64,000 nt of DNA. It comes from Eledone cirrhosa (taxonomy: Eukaryota). Both the position numbers and the translations under genes were made by a program. Under the pieces are notes generated by a model that had not been told where the DNA came from, searched no databases, and was given only the letters and a program-made list of their open reading frames with translations. The stretch covers positions 380,494,001 to 380,558,000 of the forward strand of contig OZ024741.1 in NCBI GenBank assembly GCA_964016885.1, given 5' to 3'. Shown piece after piece: positions 1-12,534 of this stretch. How positions within the stretch are numbered: position 1 is the stretch's first letter; each line of letters opens with the position of its first letter.

Positions 1-674
1 GGAGAGACACCAGTAGCATTGATGTATGTCCATCAGTTTTGACTATAAATATTCCAGCTGCTCACTCAACAGAACATCCTATTAGGGAAATTGATATTTA
101 AGAGGCTGAACCCTCGAGAGACATGCATGCCATCAATATAATTTTCAGAAAAATTTAGTGTAACAAGGCTGGCTGTTTCAATTAGAGATTTAGTCAATCT
201 TACAGCCTTCCAAATAGCTTCCATTAACCCAGTTTTACTCACAAGTCATGGGGTCAACCTGTGACTGTGGTAAAGGCAATTTGCCGAAGATGCTACACAA
301 TAGAATCAAATCTGAGCGTGTCCATCAGTGCTATACATACAAAACACCCAACCAATTTTGAGAGGCAAGTAAAAACAATTGTTACTAGACCTCAGTAGAA
401 GTCTATACAGAGTACAACTGAAAAGAAAAATTATATATGATGTCTGAAATTAATATGAGAAAAACGATATCCACATCTAAAACAGAAAATTGCATTGAAA
501 CATAACTGATATCATGTTGATAGAAAATTTGCAATGCTGTAATCACTGTTGTGTAACAATAGAATTTGTCTGTAATATAATCAGAAAAAATGTTCAACAC
601 GTAAATTGATTATAAACTACCATTGTTTGGAAAACTATGTTTGATAAATAAAATATTGCAAAATAGTTCACAGT

Positions 675-679
675 ATATG

Positions 680-730
<51 letters not shown>
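675..730. repeat. (TA)n microsatellite
   Basis: TA dinucleotide tract read directly; borders the left end of the Penelope-like element. Confidence 0.95.
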
Positions 731-734
<4 letters not shown>

Positions 735-821
735 ATAATAATAAAATTGAAGACTAAAATCCAAAGAGGGCTCGATAAGGAAAATATATATCAAATATAT
801 AAGAGCCGTAGAGCAAATATT

Positions 822-1136
822 TATTAAAATAACAGATTAAAGTTTAAGCAAAGAATCGCTGCTTTCACCCTTAACGGGATCTTCTGAAACTAACAAAGTC
901 AATCTGTAAACGCAGAACTGGATATTTAAAAAAACGTTGCAACCGGAGGAAGACAGGAAGACGATACTTTGGTTCGTGGTAACGTTCGCTGGCAAAGAAC
1001 CGGAAAAAACAAATAATACGTCATCAATAGGAGCGGTGAAAAACAATTACGCGCAAAGACAGAACCACGTTTATGGTATAAAAGAGGTCGTAGACTAATG
1101 TTCTCTTAGGTGGTGCATAGAGACGTTCTCTGGCAA
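822..1136 (-). repeat. Inverted copy of PLE pseudo-LTR
   Basis: Near-identical reverse complement of 2636-2950; ORFs 837..1046(-) and 2726..2935(+) give almost the same peptide. Confidence 0.95.
841..891 (-). ncRNA. Candidate hammerhead ribozyme (copy in inverted pLTR)
   Basis: Reverse complement of 2881-2931, with the same core and stems. Confidence 0.5.
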
Positions 1137-1926
1137 AAAACGTTTCGTTGAGGCTTTCCCGTCTTTCCACCAACGAGCGCATTTTCAACGACCATTCCAC
1201 TTATTACAATGAAGCTATTGCTCGAAGTGGATTTGTCGATAAGGTAGCATATACAGACTACGAAAATAGACCTAGTAGAAATAGATCCCGTCACATTTGT
1301 TGGTTTAACCCACCATATAATATGGAGGTGGCCACACCATTAGCTAAGATCTTTCTTTCCCTTATTACGAAGCATTTTCCCCCTACACATAAATATAGTA
1401 AAATCTTTAATAGAAATACTATTAAAATGTCTTACTCTACGACTCCTAACCTTGCACATAACATCACAGCTTCAAATTTAGCTAAACTACCTAGCCGTAG
1501 GAACACGTGCAACCCTGTAATTGTAGGAATCGGGCTGATTGCCCCCTATCCGGGAAATGCCTCTCAAGTAACATTGTCTACAAATGTAAGGTTGTAACAC
1601 CCACGTCCCGTAGGGCCTACATAGGGTTAACCGCCAATAGTTTCAAACAGCGTCTTTACATGCATACCCATTCTTTTCGTTACCCTCTAAGAAGGAATAT
1701 GACGTCAATTTCAGCTTATAACTGGAGTCTAAAAGACAACCACACCCAATATAAGTTACACTGGGAGATTCTAGCTAGGGCTAGATCGTATAACGGAAAT
1801 AAAAGACCATGTGACCTCTGCGCCTCTGAAGCCCTGGAAATACTCTACGCCACAGACCATATCTTAAATAAAAAATCTGAGGCAATTTCGGCTTGTAAAC
1901 ATAAATTGCAAAAAACTTTCCTGTAG
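1137..1926 (+). pseudogene. PLE RT C-terminus, Cys-rich linker and GIY-YIG endonuclease (frameshift near 1500)
   Basis: WFNPPY...KIFNRNTIKMSYS (PLE RT C-terminal region), CNCRNRADCPLSGKCL linker, IVYKC...YIGLT...FKQR..H and CDLC..E..LN motifs across ORFs 1148..1597 and 1507..1926. Confidence 0.9.
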
Positions 1927-2635
1927 TACAGCCCCACGTTATACCCTAATGGATAGCACGATCTATACGTGGATATTTTACGTCTTGATGTGGGAGCTAA
2001 GTATATGTTTTGTTTATTCCTTTACTTATTTGCATAGGTAAGTATATATTACCCGTATGTTTTGTGAAGGAATGTATACCTTCTCGTACGTATATTTGAC
2101 TGTTATGGCGTATCATTTTTACATATTCTGGTATTTAGGGTTTGGCTATGTGTATACGGGAGTTTTGTGTCTGCGTGAATATGCAGGTTCGTACGTATGG
2201 TGGGTGTGTGTATATGTGTACTTCTTGTCTTAGTTGACTTACGTCTCCGAACATTCGTGTATTTATGTGTATGTGTGTGCGCTTGTTATATACTTATTTA
2301 TTTACTTATATACGTTTATATAATTATTTATTTATTTGTACACAAGCATACACACACACACATATTTATATGTGCGTGGTTTTGTATACCTATGGTAAGG
2401 TTTTGCGTATGCTTGTGTATGTACGTATCTGTTTGCGTGTATGTATTTATTTGTTTCTATTACTTCTGTATTGTATTTATTTACTTTGTTCTTAACTCTG
2501 TAGCGGAGATTCATTTGGTCTCCTAGTTAGAATTTTAGTCTACTACTTCTGCTATACCATTTACGTGGTTTTGTCTTTGCGTGCTATTGTTCTCCACGCT
2601 CCACATATGACTTATTATCTTCGTTTTTTCGTTCA

Positions 2636-2942
2636 TTGCCAGAGAACGTCTCTATGCACCACCTAAGAGAACATTAGTCTACGACCTCTTTTATACCATA
2701 AACGTGGTTCTGTCTTTGCGCGTAATTGTTTTTCACCGCTCCTATTAATGACGTATTATTTGCTTTTTCCGGTTCCTTTCCAGCGAACGTTACCACGAAC
2801 CAAAATATCGTCTTCCTGTCTTCCTCCGGTTGCAACGTTTTTTTAAATATCCAGTTCTGCGTTTACAGATTGACTTTGTTAGTTTCAGAAGATCCCGTTA
2901 AGGGTGAAAGCAGCGATTCTTTGCTTAAACTTTAATCTGTTA

Positions 2943-2950
<8 letters not shown>
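2636..2950 (+). repeat. PLE 3' pseudo-LTR segment
   Basis: Partner of the inverted repeat at 822-1136; ends directly at (TA)n. Confidence 0.9.
2881..2931 (+). ncRNA. Candidate type I hammerhead ribozyme with variant core (CAGAAGA)
   Basis: AGTTT|CAGAAGA|TCCCGTTAAGGGT|GAAA|GCAG-CGATTCT-TTGC|T|T|AAACT: stem I AGTTT/AAACT, stem II CCC/GGG, GAAA, stem III, UH site. PLE pLTRs are known to carry hammerheads. Confidence 0.55.
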
Positions 2951-3011
<61 letters not shown>

Positions 3012-3048
3012 ATATATGTGTATATATATATATATAAATATATATATA

Positions 3049-3114
<66 letters not shown>

Positions 3115-3127
3115 CATATATATATAG
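2948..3127. repeat. (TA)n/(TG)n compound microsatellite
   Basis: Read directly. Confidence 0.95.
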
Positions 3128-3576
3128 TTATATTAAGTAGAAAATCCTTATGAAAAATGATGTTTGTTAGCAAATAGTTTAGTAACATAGTGTGTTAAAT
3201 AAGAGATGTGTGTTCTGTTTGCACATTTTTTTAATTTACTATTTATATTTTATTTCCTACTTTCTCCTATAGTATACAGTCATATTCCAAACCATGAAAT
3301 GTGTGCTGGTTACTTACTTGACTTAGTAGAAATATAAGCCCACAGTTTTCGAATTGCATGTGATGCTTAGTTGAAAAATGAATGGACTCAAAAAATAAAG
3401 CTATACTGGGGTTCTTTCTAAAAATAAAATTGAAATTGTCATGGCTGGAATACTTTTTACCATATATTTCCACAACTCAACTAGGTTAAACAAGATAATT
3501 AATATTATTTATTCTCAATATATGTGTTTCACTCACTATTGTCATATGATTGGCTTTGTTGTGCACAGAAGCTGAT

Positions 3577-3852
3577 TCACAATAGCCAGTTGAGAATGTC
3601 ATTTGCATCTGTTGTAAAGGAATCATGCAGGGAAATGAAAGTTCCACTCTTTCTTTTGCTGACATGATCGATGCAGATTGCTGTAAGATTCCTCACCCTC
3701 ACGTTATCTTCAAAGTTGAAGTTATCAAGATGGGTCTCAGTTAGAATGAAGAAAGGGATGTGGTGTGGATGGTCGGCAACACAATCCTCAATAATTAGAT
3801 TATTCATTTTTTGCACATTGAGATAATATCTGACACCTTGGCCATTAAGCAA
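3577..3852 (-). pseudogene. Degenerate LINE apurinic-like endonuclease N-terminus
   Basis: LNGQG...FILTETHL...IDHVSKRKSG resembles the APE start (N..G, L.ET.L, DR...GGG); decayed Cys/His-rich frames upstream (~4000-4900) may be ORF1. Confidence 0.45.
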
Positions 3853-5257
3853 AGATTTTGAGGCTAGAGTAGTGGCTGAGTTTCCGGGTTCTTTTATTGG
3901 GTTTATTGGTTAATGACAGCAATCCAGGGAAACTGTGTACTGGGGTAATAACAGAGCTTAATGTTGCGGGTAGCTAGAAGGTTATCTTGCATCTCTTTTG
4001 CCCGATGTATCACGGCTAAAAAAGTGTTTTATTGTTGGGAATGGTTGGTCGTTGGAGTTGCGGTTGTACTGTTAGGTTTACAAGTATGTTTGTGACTGTT
4101 TATTGTGCTTTTGTATCTATTGGATGCCTGCATGTTTCCTGAGATTTGGGGAAAAGTCTGAATCAACAGGGGCTGTTTGTACTATATTTTGGTGTTGGGT
4201 TAGTGTCACATGTTTTAAAGTGCATTTTATCTCTGGAAGATGAATGAAGGGACAATCTCACTACAGATGTAATCTCTTGCATTAAGAATAGTGACAGATT
4301 TTAGGAATGTGCTTTATGCACGTGGGTCTTTTTAAGTTTGATTCAGCATTTTGTATTGGTGATATTATTGTAGGATGTGTGCATTGTCAGTGGCTGGTGA
4401 CATTCATACAAATTCTGCATCTTATTCCAGGTAGCTGTGTGAATTTGCAGTTACTGTGAATGCATAACTTTCTGCATAGTGAGAGGTGGCTTATTTGTGA
4501 GGTTCATCTGTGTGGGACAGTTGTAACTTCATAGATTTCAACTTGTGTATTTTTGGCAAAGTTTTCATGGATTTGTGAAGTATATTTTTGGATGGAGAGG
4601 GAGAGGAAAAGAGGAGTGATTCATCACTAATTGGGGTGGTAGAAGTGATAATAGTACTTGCAGTAAAAGATAATGACAGAGGATGGTTCATCTGAAAAAG
4701 TGGTAAATGTGAATAGCCGAAATGTGAAAAAGAGCTGGAGAGCATGACTTTTCATTTAGCAGGTCTTCTATAGTGCTAATATTGAGGAATGGCTCTGACT
4801 GATATTGTTGTGGTAGCTGTTATTGTTGCTGTCAAAAGTAATGTTTTCATAATAAGGTAATGGTTTGTTATTTTTTTAAGTTTCGACCACATAATGAAAA
4901 TATTTAGTAAGTAAAAGATGTATTTATGTTTATCTATATAAACTATATTATGGTTTTGCCGTATATTAGACCATTTATGACAAATTGCATGTTGCTTAAA
5001 AAAATAATGCTTTCCTTCGCCCCTCTTATCAACTGTCTTATATATGTGGGGGGTTTTTTAAATACATTTTTAATACCTACAATTTATTGACCACAGCTTG
5101 ATATTTATTTTATTCTTCGGGGGGACAAGCATTCTCTAGGTTTTATATTGATTTCCTGAGGATATTTTAATGTTACTTAATTGCATTAAGATTGATATGA
5201 ATGTAGAAATTAATCTTTGATTTTTCACATGAATATATATGGTTTCTTAGTGAAACC

Positions 5258-6240
5258 CAATGATATTCTTGCCATTTCATTCCAGTACCTTCCACCATTT
5301 TTTAGGTAGATCCATTATTCCCTGTTCAAATAATTTCCTATCTTTATTGGCAAAGAACACTTCGAAATGAATTTTCACATTTTCTGAAGTATTAAAGGTT
5401 TGTTCATTCAAAGAATTTTTAAGAGACTGAAACAGGTGGAATTTGAAACAGCAAGGTCGGGGAAATATAGAAGGTGAGGCAAAACTTTCTAGTCAAGCCC
5501 TAGTAACTTCTGCCATGTCTACAATGAAATGTGTGGTCTGGCATTGTCTTTATGAAAGAAAATATCCTTTCATTTAGCAAGTTCTGCATGCTTCTGGCAG
5601 ATCGATGCCTTTTATTTATACAGCTGTTCACAGAACACACCCGAATTGATGGTCCTATTTGTGAGAAGCAGCTTGTAAAAGACAACACCCTTCCAATCCA
5701 ACCAAATTGAAAGTGTAATCTTCTTTGGGTGAAGTCCTGCTTTGGAGGTTGTTTGTGATGGTTCTTGGCAGTTACCCCAGGATCATTTTCACTTCACATT
5801 GTTATAGACAATCCAGTTATCATTTTCCTCAAAGAAGGATTGTGTTCTTTACGTTTTAGCAAGGATTTGCAGATGGAAATTCGTTTGGTGAGGCTGGCTT
5901 CATTCAATTCATGGGAAAGCCAAACATTGAGCCTGCTGATATAACCAAGTTTATGAATATAGTTTATGCATAAAGTTGGATATCTGCAAAATATCTGCGA
6001 TCTCCCTGGTTTTATGATGAGAATCAGTGTAGAGTAACTCCTTCACTTGGTCACTGTTAACAACAGTTGGTCGTCCAGAGTGAGGTGCATCTTGAATCAA
6101 AATCTTTTGCGATCGAAATCTTGAAAACCACTTCTAACATAAACATTCTGTAACAGCATCTTTTACGCATACAACACATATATTCTTGCAATTTTATGAT
6201 GCTTTCTTATATTTTTTTAAATATAACCAATCTCATCAGA
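5258..6240 (-). mobile_element. Decayed mariner (Tc1/mariner) transposase
   Basis: My translation of the minus strand across frames gives DAPHSGRP, GLHPKKITLSIWLDWKGVVFYKLL, VLPHLLYFPDLA (YSPDLAP-like) and FFANKDRKLFEQGIMDLPKKWWKV; many stops and frameshifts; TIRs not identified. Confidence 0.85.
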
Positions 6241-9200
6241 GTTTTGCTACAAACTACTTTGAAGTTTTAAGTCTCTAACGAGTGGACACTTGGAAGGAAA
6301 AAAAGTAAAGTTAGCAACTATGAGAACACCTGAAATTTAGTATTGGCAAAAACCGAATATGGGGCATAGTTCATACAGTATATGGGTTGCAATCATAAGG
6401 TCATGGTCATTTCCTAATGGCAAATTTTGTCTATGAGCCTGACACTTTATTTCACAATGTTTCATCAATGATGTACAATGCTGGTGATGATGGGTGAAAG
6501 ATATACCATGAAAAAGATATAGAAACATACAAATAACAAACAAGCACAGAATATAATCTGGAAAATAAAAGACAAAGCCCTAAATTAACACAGTAGAAAT
6601 TTGCAGAATAAGCCACTTGAAAAATGAATATGCTTCTTCCAAGAAAAGAAAATATTCCAATTAAATGACAAAATATTATACATAAATGACAAAAAAGCAT
6701 AACACTAAATAATCAGTGACAGTATGGATCATACAATTATCAAAAAATGTGAGCATTGGATCAAAAAAGAAGAGGAAAACTAAAAACATAATTAAAATGG
6801 TTTTGTAGTTTGCTTGTAACATTGTGTAAATTGTGAAGAAGTTTGTGTCAAGAGACCCAAGGGTACACCCCAAGCAAGACGGTTGGATAGTTTTGCTTGG
6901 GGATCCAGTTGGATCAGTTGAAGATGTTTGCTTCTGACAGGACCTACTGGAAGGAGTGTTTGATGACTCTGTCTCCACGTACCTCTCAGGAATAAGTGGG
7001 GAAAACGAAGAAGAAGAAGAAGAAAGCTACACCAATGAAAATGGGACATTGAATGTTAAACATGTTGGAATGTTTCCTTAGGGATTGTTTAATAGTCTTT
7101 CAAATTTGTGGATAAAATCCCCTCATTCAAAAAAGAGCTGAGGAAGCTAATTTGGGACAGGATATCGTGTGTTATGCTTATGCCGTCAACTTCTAATCTG
7201 AAAGTGCCGCTTTTAAACACTGAAAGTGTTGAACGGATCACATTGTACATGTTCTAATCTAACTTCTGATTTAACCTTTTGAAGTGGAATGAAGTGTGGT
7301 AATATGTTTGTCTATTTTAGTCACTGGTTGTTGATTTCCAGTCTATTGTTGAATTGAGATTTGAGTTTGGCTATGAGAATATATTCTTTGATTTCGAGAT
7401 TACAACTATTCTTATTCCCGACTTCAATGGTAGCTGTGACATTTTTATGTGCAGACTTGTCAACTCTCCCCATCTAACGAGATCTCCCACCCTCTTTGTG
7501 ATGGGTGAGAGGTGTCTTCTTTTGTGATAGCTTTCATTATGTAAAATCTCCCCCATTTTGCCCTCATTTCTCCCCATTTTGAAGCATTTTCATCATGGTA
7601 ATCATTGTTTGTGTTTTAAGAGGTTGGCAGATCTGATATATGTTTTGCAACATAATAGCACCAAAATAATTGTCCAACATTACTCACAGGCTATTGGATG
7701 TTCCCAGTATTGTTAATTTATCCAGTTTCTTTAATTGAAGCACCTGATGGAGTTAGATGCAAAGGGAGCAACATATGTGAAGGTTTTCAGATAGAGAAGT
7801 AGCTCATAGAACGATCATGGTTGAGTTATAGAGAGAGGAAAGGAGGACTCAGAGAAGTTGGTCAATATCCTTTTGACAAGTGAAAATTGGAGGACCCTAT
7901 CTTGCTCATATGTTCACTTTTTGGTGGCTGGTTTCCCTTCCTAGTACAAACTGGCACGACCAACTACAGAGTTTACTGGGCATATTTTACTGCAGCACTA
8001 ACACTACCACTTTACAGAGTGTACTGGGTGCATTTTATAATGGTACAAACACTATAACTTTGGAAGGTCTATTATGTGCATTTTATCTAGGCAACACAAC
8101 TACTACTAATATATTCTTCTGTGGTGGATATGCATCTTAATTTGTGGCTTGTAAAACTATTCACACTGAGACTTGTTTCATAACATTGTGATATTTGCTT
8201 CTAATTATTTTCTTCATTTGTTCTGTTATATCTTCCCCACTGCTAACTCTGGTTGTTCTGCTGTGATGAGTGTTTTTATAGATGTTATTGTGATTCATGA
8301 GGGGAGGGGTCACGCATATAAACTTTCTAAACTTGTGTATTTTCATGAATGTTTCTATTGGAGCCTCTATGGTTTTATTTCTTTCTTCTCTACGTTTGTT
8401 TTTGATTTCCAGTACTGTGATTTTTGCTTCTTGCTTCGTTAGTTTTGACGTATTTTTACTTTGGTTAATGTTTTCAATCATTGTATGTATAAGTGCGTAT
8501 TTTTCTTTTCCATCCATCGTTCATATGTTGCTTACTTGTATGTTCTGGACATAGTGTTTCTATGTAATATGCATTTAACACTTCAATGTAGTTTTCATTG
8601 GTCTAATGTTCTCTTTTAATTTAGCTTTCATTTTGTTCTACTATTAGTATTGTCAATTACTTCAGCAAAAAGTTTTAATACAAAAAATGCCATCTAGGAC
8701 CAAGCTGGTTGAGAAGTTTCATTTTATTTTTCTTGCTTGTTAATAGCTTTTGGCTTCTCATAAATTATTTCAAGTGCCTTTGATTTGCATAAATTACGAA
8801 AGTCAATTTCTTTTACAGTTTTGTTGAAAGTGTTAGTATGATGTGAAAATTAAGACATTGAAATCACTTAACTGTCATTACTACTTCATTTTCTGGTAAA
8901 AAGTTATAGAATTCAACTTATTTCATTGATCAAAGGTTATTTTTTATTTATTATTTTTTTTTTACTTAGAACTATTCTTATTTTTTTCTCATTTCCAGGA
9001 AATTTTCTCGCATAACATTTAAATTTAATTGAACAAACTAGCTGCAGTATTGATTTCTTTGATCAAGATACAGGTCCTTATGTTTTCAGAGACGGCTCAA
9101 TTAAATGTTGTGACATGTATGTTTTTTTTAAGTGCATTACTGGCATAATCAATGAAATGAAATTATTTTAAATTCAGAATTATGATTACTTAGTAATCTC

Positions 9201-9403
9201 CCATTATCTATTTACTTACTTAACTAGGTAGCATGACAGTTGCTTTCTTTCATCATTAATGATATAAAACACATGCATATAGAATGCTGGCATAGAAGCA
9301 TGGTTGAGAAGTTTGCTTTGCAACAATGTAGTCTTGCGTTCTGTCCAACTGAGTGGCATTTCGAAAAGGTATCCCCAATCAGTTTATGTACGTATGTATA
9401 TAT

Positions 9404-10926
9404 ATCATCATCACTGTTTTACATCCGTTCTTCCATGCTAGCATGGGTTAGACGGGTTGTCCTGTTGTGGGCAGTGTCTGGTCAGCTGACTATGCCCTGC
9501 TCATACAGGAACTGATTTTGGCTTGCTTTCTACAGCTGGATGCCCATCCTAACACCAACCTCATTTACAGTGAGTGCTGGGTGCTTTTTCCCGGCGCCTA
9601 CACGTCCACTTTACAGTGTGGGCTGGGTGCTTTTTTGCCGTGGCACCTCCATGACCACTTTGCAATGGGAGGGTGTGGGGGTATATTGTCTATATGCTTC
9701 AGCTTGTACCCATGGGAGGTCGGGTACTCTGTATTACTGCATGGCGCCAGAGGTCATAGTCGTGTGTCATCGCCTTTGAGAGGTGTAATTGGGTAAGGTC
9801 GGCTTTTATCACCTCATCCCAGGTCTTCTTAGGTCTCCCCACTCCGCGGTTTCCATTGACTTCTAGTGCTCTGCACCTTTTTACAAAGCTGTCATCCTCC
9901 ATACGCATCACATACATTTGATTCCTCTTATGCTCAGTCTCTCTCTCAATTCATTTATGCTTTGCCTTTCGCGTATATTACTATTACACATCCATCGGAG
10001 CATGCAGGCTTCGTTTGTTTCTAATCTATGTAAGTCTTCCACCTTCAGCGCCCAGGTCTCACTACCATGTAACATTGCTGTTCGTATACATACATCATAC
10101 AGTCTGCCTTTCATTTTGAGGGAGAAGCCTTTTGCAGCTAGCAGTGGCAGTAGTTCCCTGAACTTCTTCCATCCCATTCTTACCCTAGTTATTGTACTTT
10201 CTGAACACCCACCTCCGCTGCTAATTCAGTCACCTAGGTAGCAGAAGCTTTCTACTGTTGCTACAGAGCCCTCCCAGAGATTGGTGGTACTTGTTTCCTG
10301 TGGCTGTTTGCTGCTTGGTGTCCCAGCACAGCTGCTACATGTGAAGCCTACATTATTAATTAAGCTTCCTGAGATCCCGCTACATCTCTTGTGTACCCAT
10401 TGTTTGCATTTGGGGCAAAGAATGGAGTTCCAACCTACACCTTTCCTACATACTGAGCAAGGCCATTTCCCTGAGGGGATCTGGGTTCTGTTTTCTAGTC
10501 TACTTACAAGGACCTTAGTCTTTGTCAGGTTGACTTTGAGACCATTTCTTTCTAGTCCCTGCTTCCAAGTTTGGAATTTCTTCTCTAGTTCTACCATAGA
10601 TTCAGCTGTATGTGCGAGGTCATCTGCATACAGGAGTTCCCATGGGCATCCGGTCTTAAACTCCTCCGTTATTGCCTGCAGGACTATGATGAACAGGAGA
10701 GGGCTAAGAACAGAGCCCTGGTGGACACCAACCTGTACGCTAAATTCCTTGCTATACTCATTGCTAATCCTAACTTTGCTGTACAGCTTTCACAAGCCAT
10801 TCATCTACTCCTAGTTTTCTAAGAGCCTACCAGATTATAGCACGTGGAACTCTGTCAAAGGCTTTCTCGAGATCGATGAATGCCAGGTAGAGTGGCTTAC
10901 TTTTAGCTAGGTACTTATAGCTAGGT

Positions 10927-10930
<4 letters not shown>
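9404..10930 (-). mobile_element. RTE-clade LINE, 5'-truncated, long 3' UTR, (GAT)n tail
   Basis: FIDLEKAFDRVP, PHD-like WPCSVC..CPKC..HKRC..CSSC, FCYLGD, LHGSETW and GRPKKTW in ORFs 10226..10597, 9908..10177 and 9699..9917; (CAT)n at 9404. Confidence 0.92.

Positions 10931-10978
<48 letters not shown>
10931..10978. repeat. (TA)n microsatellite between two inverted RTE copies
   Basis: Read directly. Confidence 0.95.
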
Positions 10979-10979
<1 letters not shown>

Positions 10980-10986
10980 CAAATCA

Positions 10987-12175
10987 TCCTTAGTATGTAG
11001 AAAGGAAAATAGGGCACAGGTGCCCTCTGGGAAATGGCCTTGCTCAGTGTGTAAGAAATGAGTAGGTAGAAATTCCATTCTATATCCCAAATGTAAGCTA
11101 TGCGTACATAAAAGTTGCAGTGGGATCACAGGCAAGGTGTCAAAGAATGTAGGTTTTATGTGTGGCTGAGGCTCAGGTGCAGTAAGTAGCAAGTGCTTAA
11201 TGGATACTAGTTCCTTTAATTGCCTAGATGGTTCTATAGAAATAGTGGATGACAAAATCAGCAGTAGAGGAGGGTGTCCTGAAAGTACACTAGCCAGAGT
11301 AGGAACACGATGGAACAGGTTCGGAGAGTTAAAACTGCTATTGGCCACAAAAAGTTTGTCTCTAAAAAGGAAAGCCAGTTGTACGATGCTTGTATACGAA
11401 CAGCAATGTTACATGGTAGGGAGACCTGGGCATTGTGTGCAGATTGGAAAAAAACAAAGCAGGCATGCTCCGATGGATGTGTAATTGTATTATAGACAAA
11501 CAAAATGAACTAAGTAAGAAATTAGGCATAAGAGGGATCAGATGCAGTTTACTAGAGAGGTGATCGCGTTGATATGTTCATATGATGCATATGAAGGACG
11601 ACAGCTGTATAAAGATGTGAGGAGTAGGTAGACCCTGAAAGACCTGGGATGAGGTGACAAAAGCTGACTTGCACACTTGCACCTCTCTAAGACACAGAAT
11701 CAAGATCATTGGCGCAATGCAGTAATACAGAACACCCACCTTCCCTTGTGTATGGACTTAAACCTACATTCACTAGGCACTTCTTAATCCAATATACACC
11801 CCACGCCTCCTACACTTCCTTCCCACTTCTGCTCACATCACCCTTACTCTGTAAAGTTATGTTGATAACGCAAATCATCCAGCCCACACTGTAAAGTGGT
11901 TGTATAGGTGTCATTAGAAAAATCACCCAGTCCACAATGTAAAGTGGTCATGTAGGCGACATGGTAATAAGCATCCAGCACATACTGTATATGTGGTTGG
12001 CGATAGAAAGGGCATCCAGCTGTAGAAAACCAGCCAGAAATAGTCCTATATGAATGAGACATGGTCACCTGATCCAACTTGTCTCAAGTGTGACAAACCC
12101 GTCTAACCCATGCTAGCCTGGATGATGATTGTTAAACGATGATGATGATGATGATGATGTTAAGCGATGAGGATG
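10987..12175 (+). mobile_element. RTE-clade LINE, 5'-truncated and degenerate
   Basis: Plus-strand VPSGKWPCSVC, SSRGGCPESTLARV and YDACIRTAMLHGRETW; 3' end AACCCGTCTAACCCATGCTAGC...(GAT)n. Confidence 0.88.
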
Positions 12176-12534
12176 AAGCAATGCCATGATTTTTAAGTGC
12201 AAAGAAGCCAGAGAAGGAAAAGATTAAGGAAGACATGAGCAAAAGCAGTGAAAGTCGACCTTGGAATACTGATATTCAAAAAGATCACATAGGAAAGAGA
12301 AAGTGAAAGAAAGTTGCTTTTCATGGTTGAGCAGATGTAAAATTATAATGATGCTATGATGTGGTAAGGTCCCATAACTCCTGATAGAGTCGAAGGGGTG
12401 CCATATTGACATGATATTTCTTTGACATTTTAAGCTTGGTGGAGCCGATCCCTCTCCAGGCTTCTATACAGCATATTTCTTCAAGAAAATAGTAGAAAGT
12501 GAGAGACAAAATTTAAGAATGTGATATATAGGAC

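Larger units (their letters stand above)
731..2950 (+). mobile_element. Penelope-like retroelement (PLE), 5'-truncated, with inverted upstream pseudo-LTR
   Basis: RT C-terminus plus GIY-YIG ORF remnant at 1137-1926, a long 3' region, and a 315-bp terminal segment (2636-2950) copied in inverted orientation at 822-1136; (TA)n on both sides. Confidence 0.85.

Noticed and set aside
594-794. ORFs with YIYIYI runs (also 2932-3188, 16420-16614, 27595-27927, 63573-63908)
   Set aside because: Translations of (TA)n microsatellites, not genes.
6340-8560. Short ORFs (6676..6978, 7371..7577, 8161..8517)
   Set aside because: No identifiable motifs; probably ancient repeat debris that I cannot assign.
8999-9120. 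Possible host exon (polypyrimidine-CAG ... GTATGT)
   Set aside because: All three frames have early stops and there are no supporting neighbouring exons; a non-coding exon cannot be excluded without RNA data.
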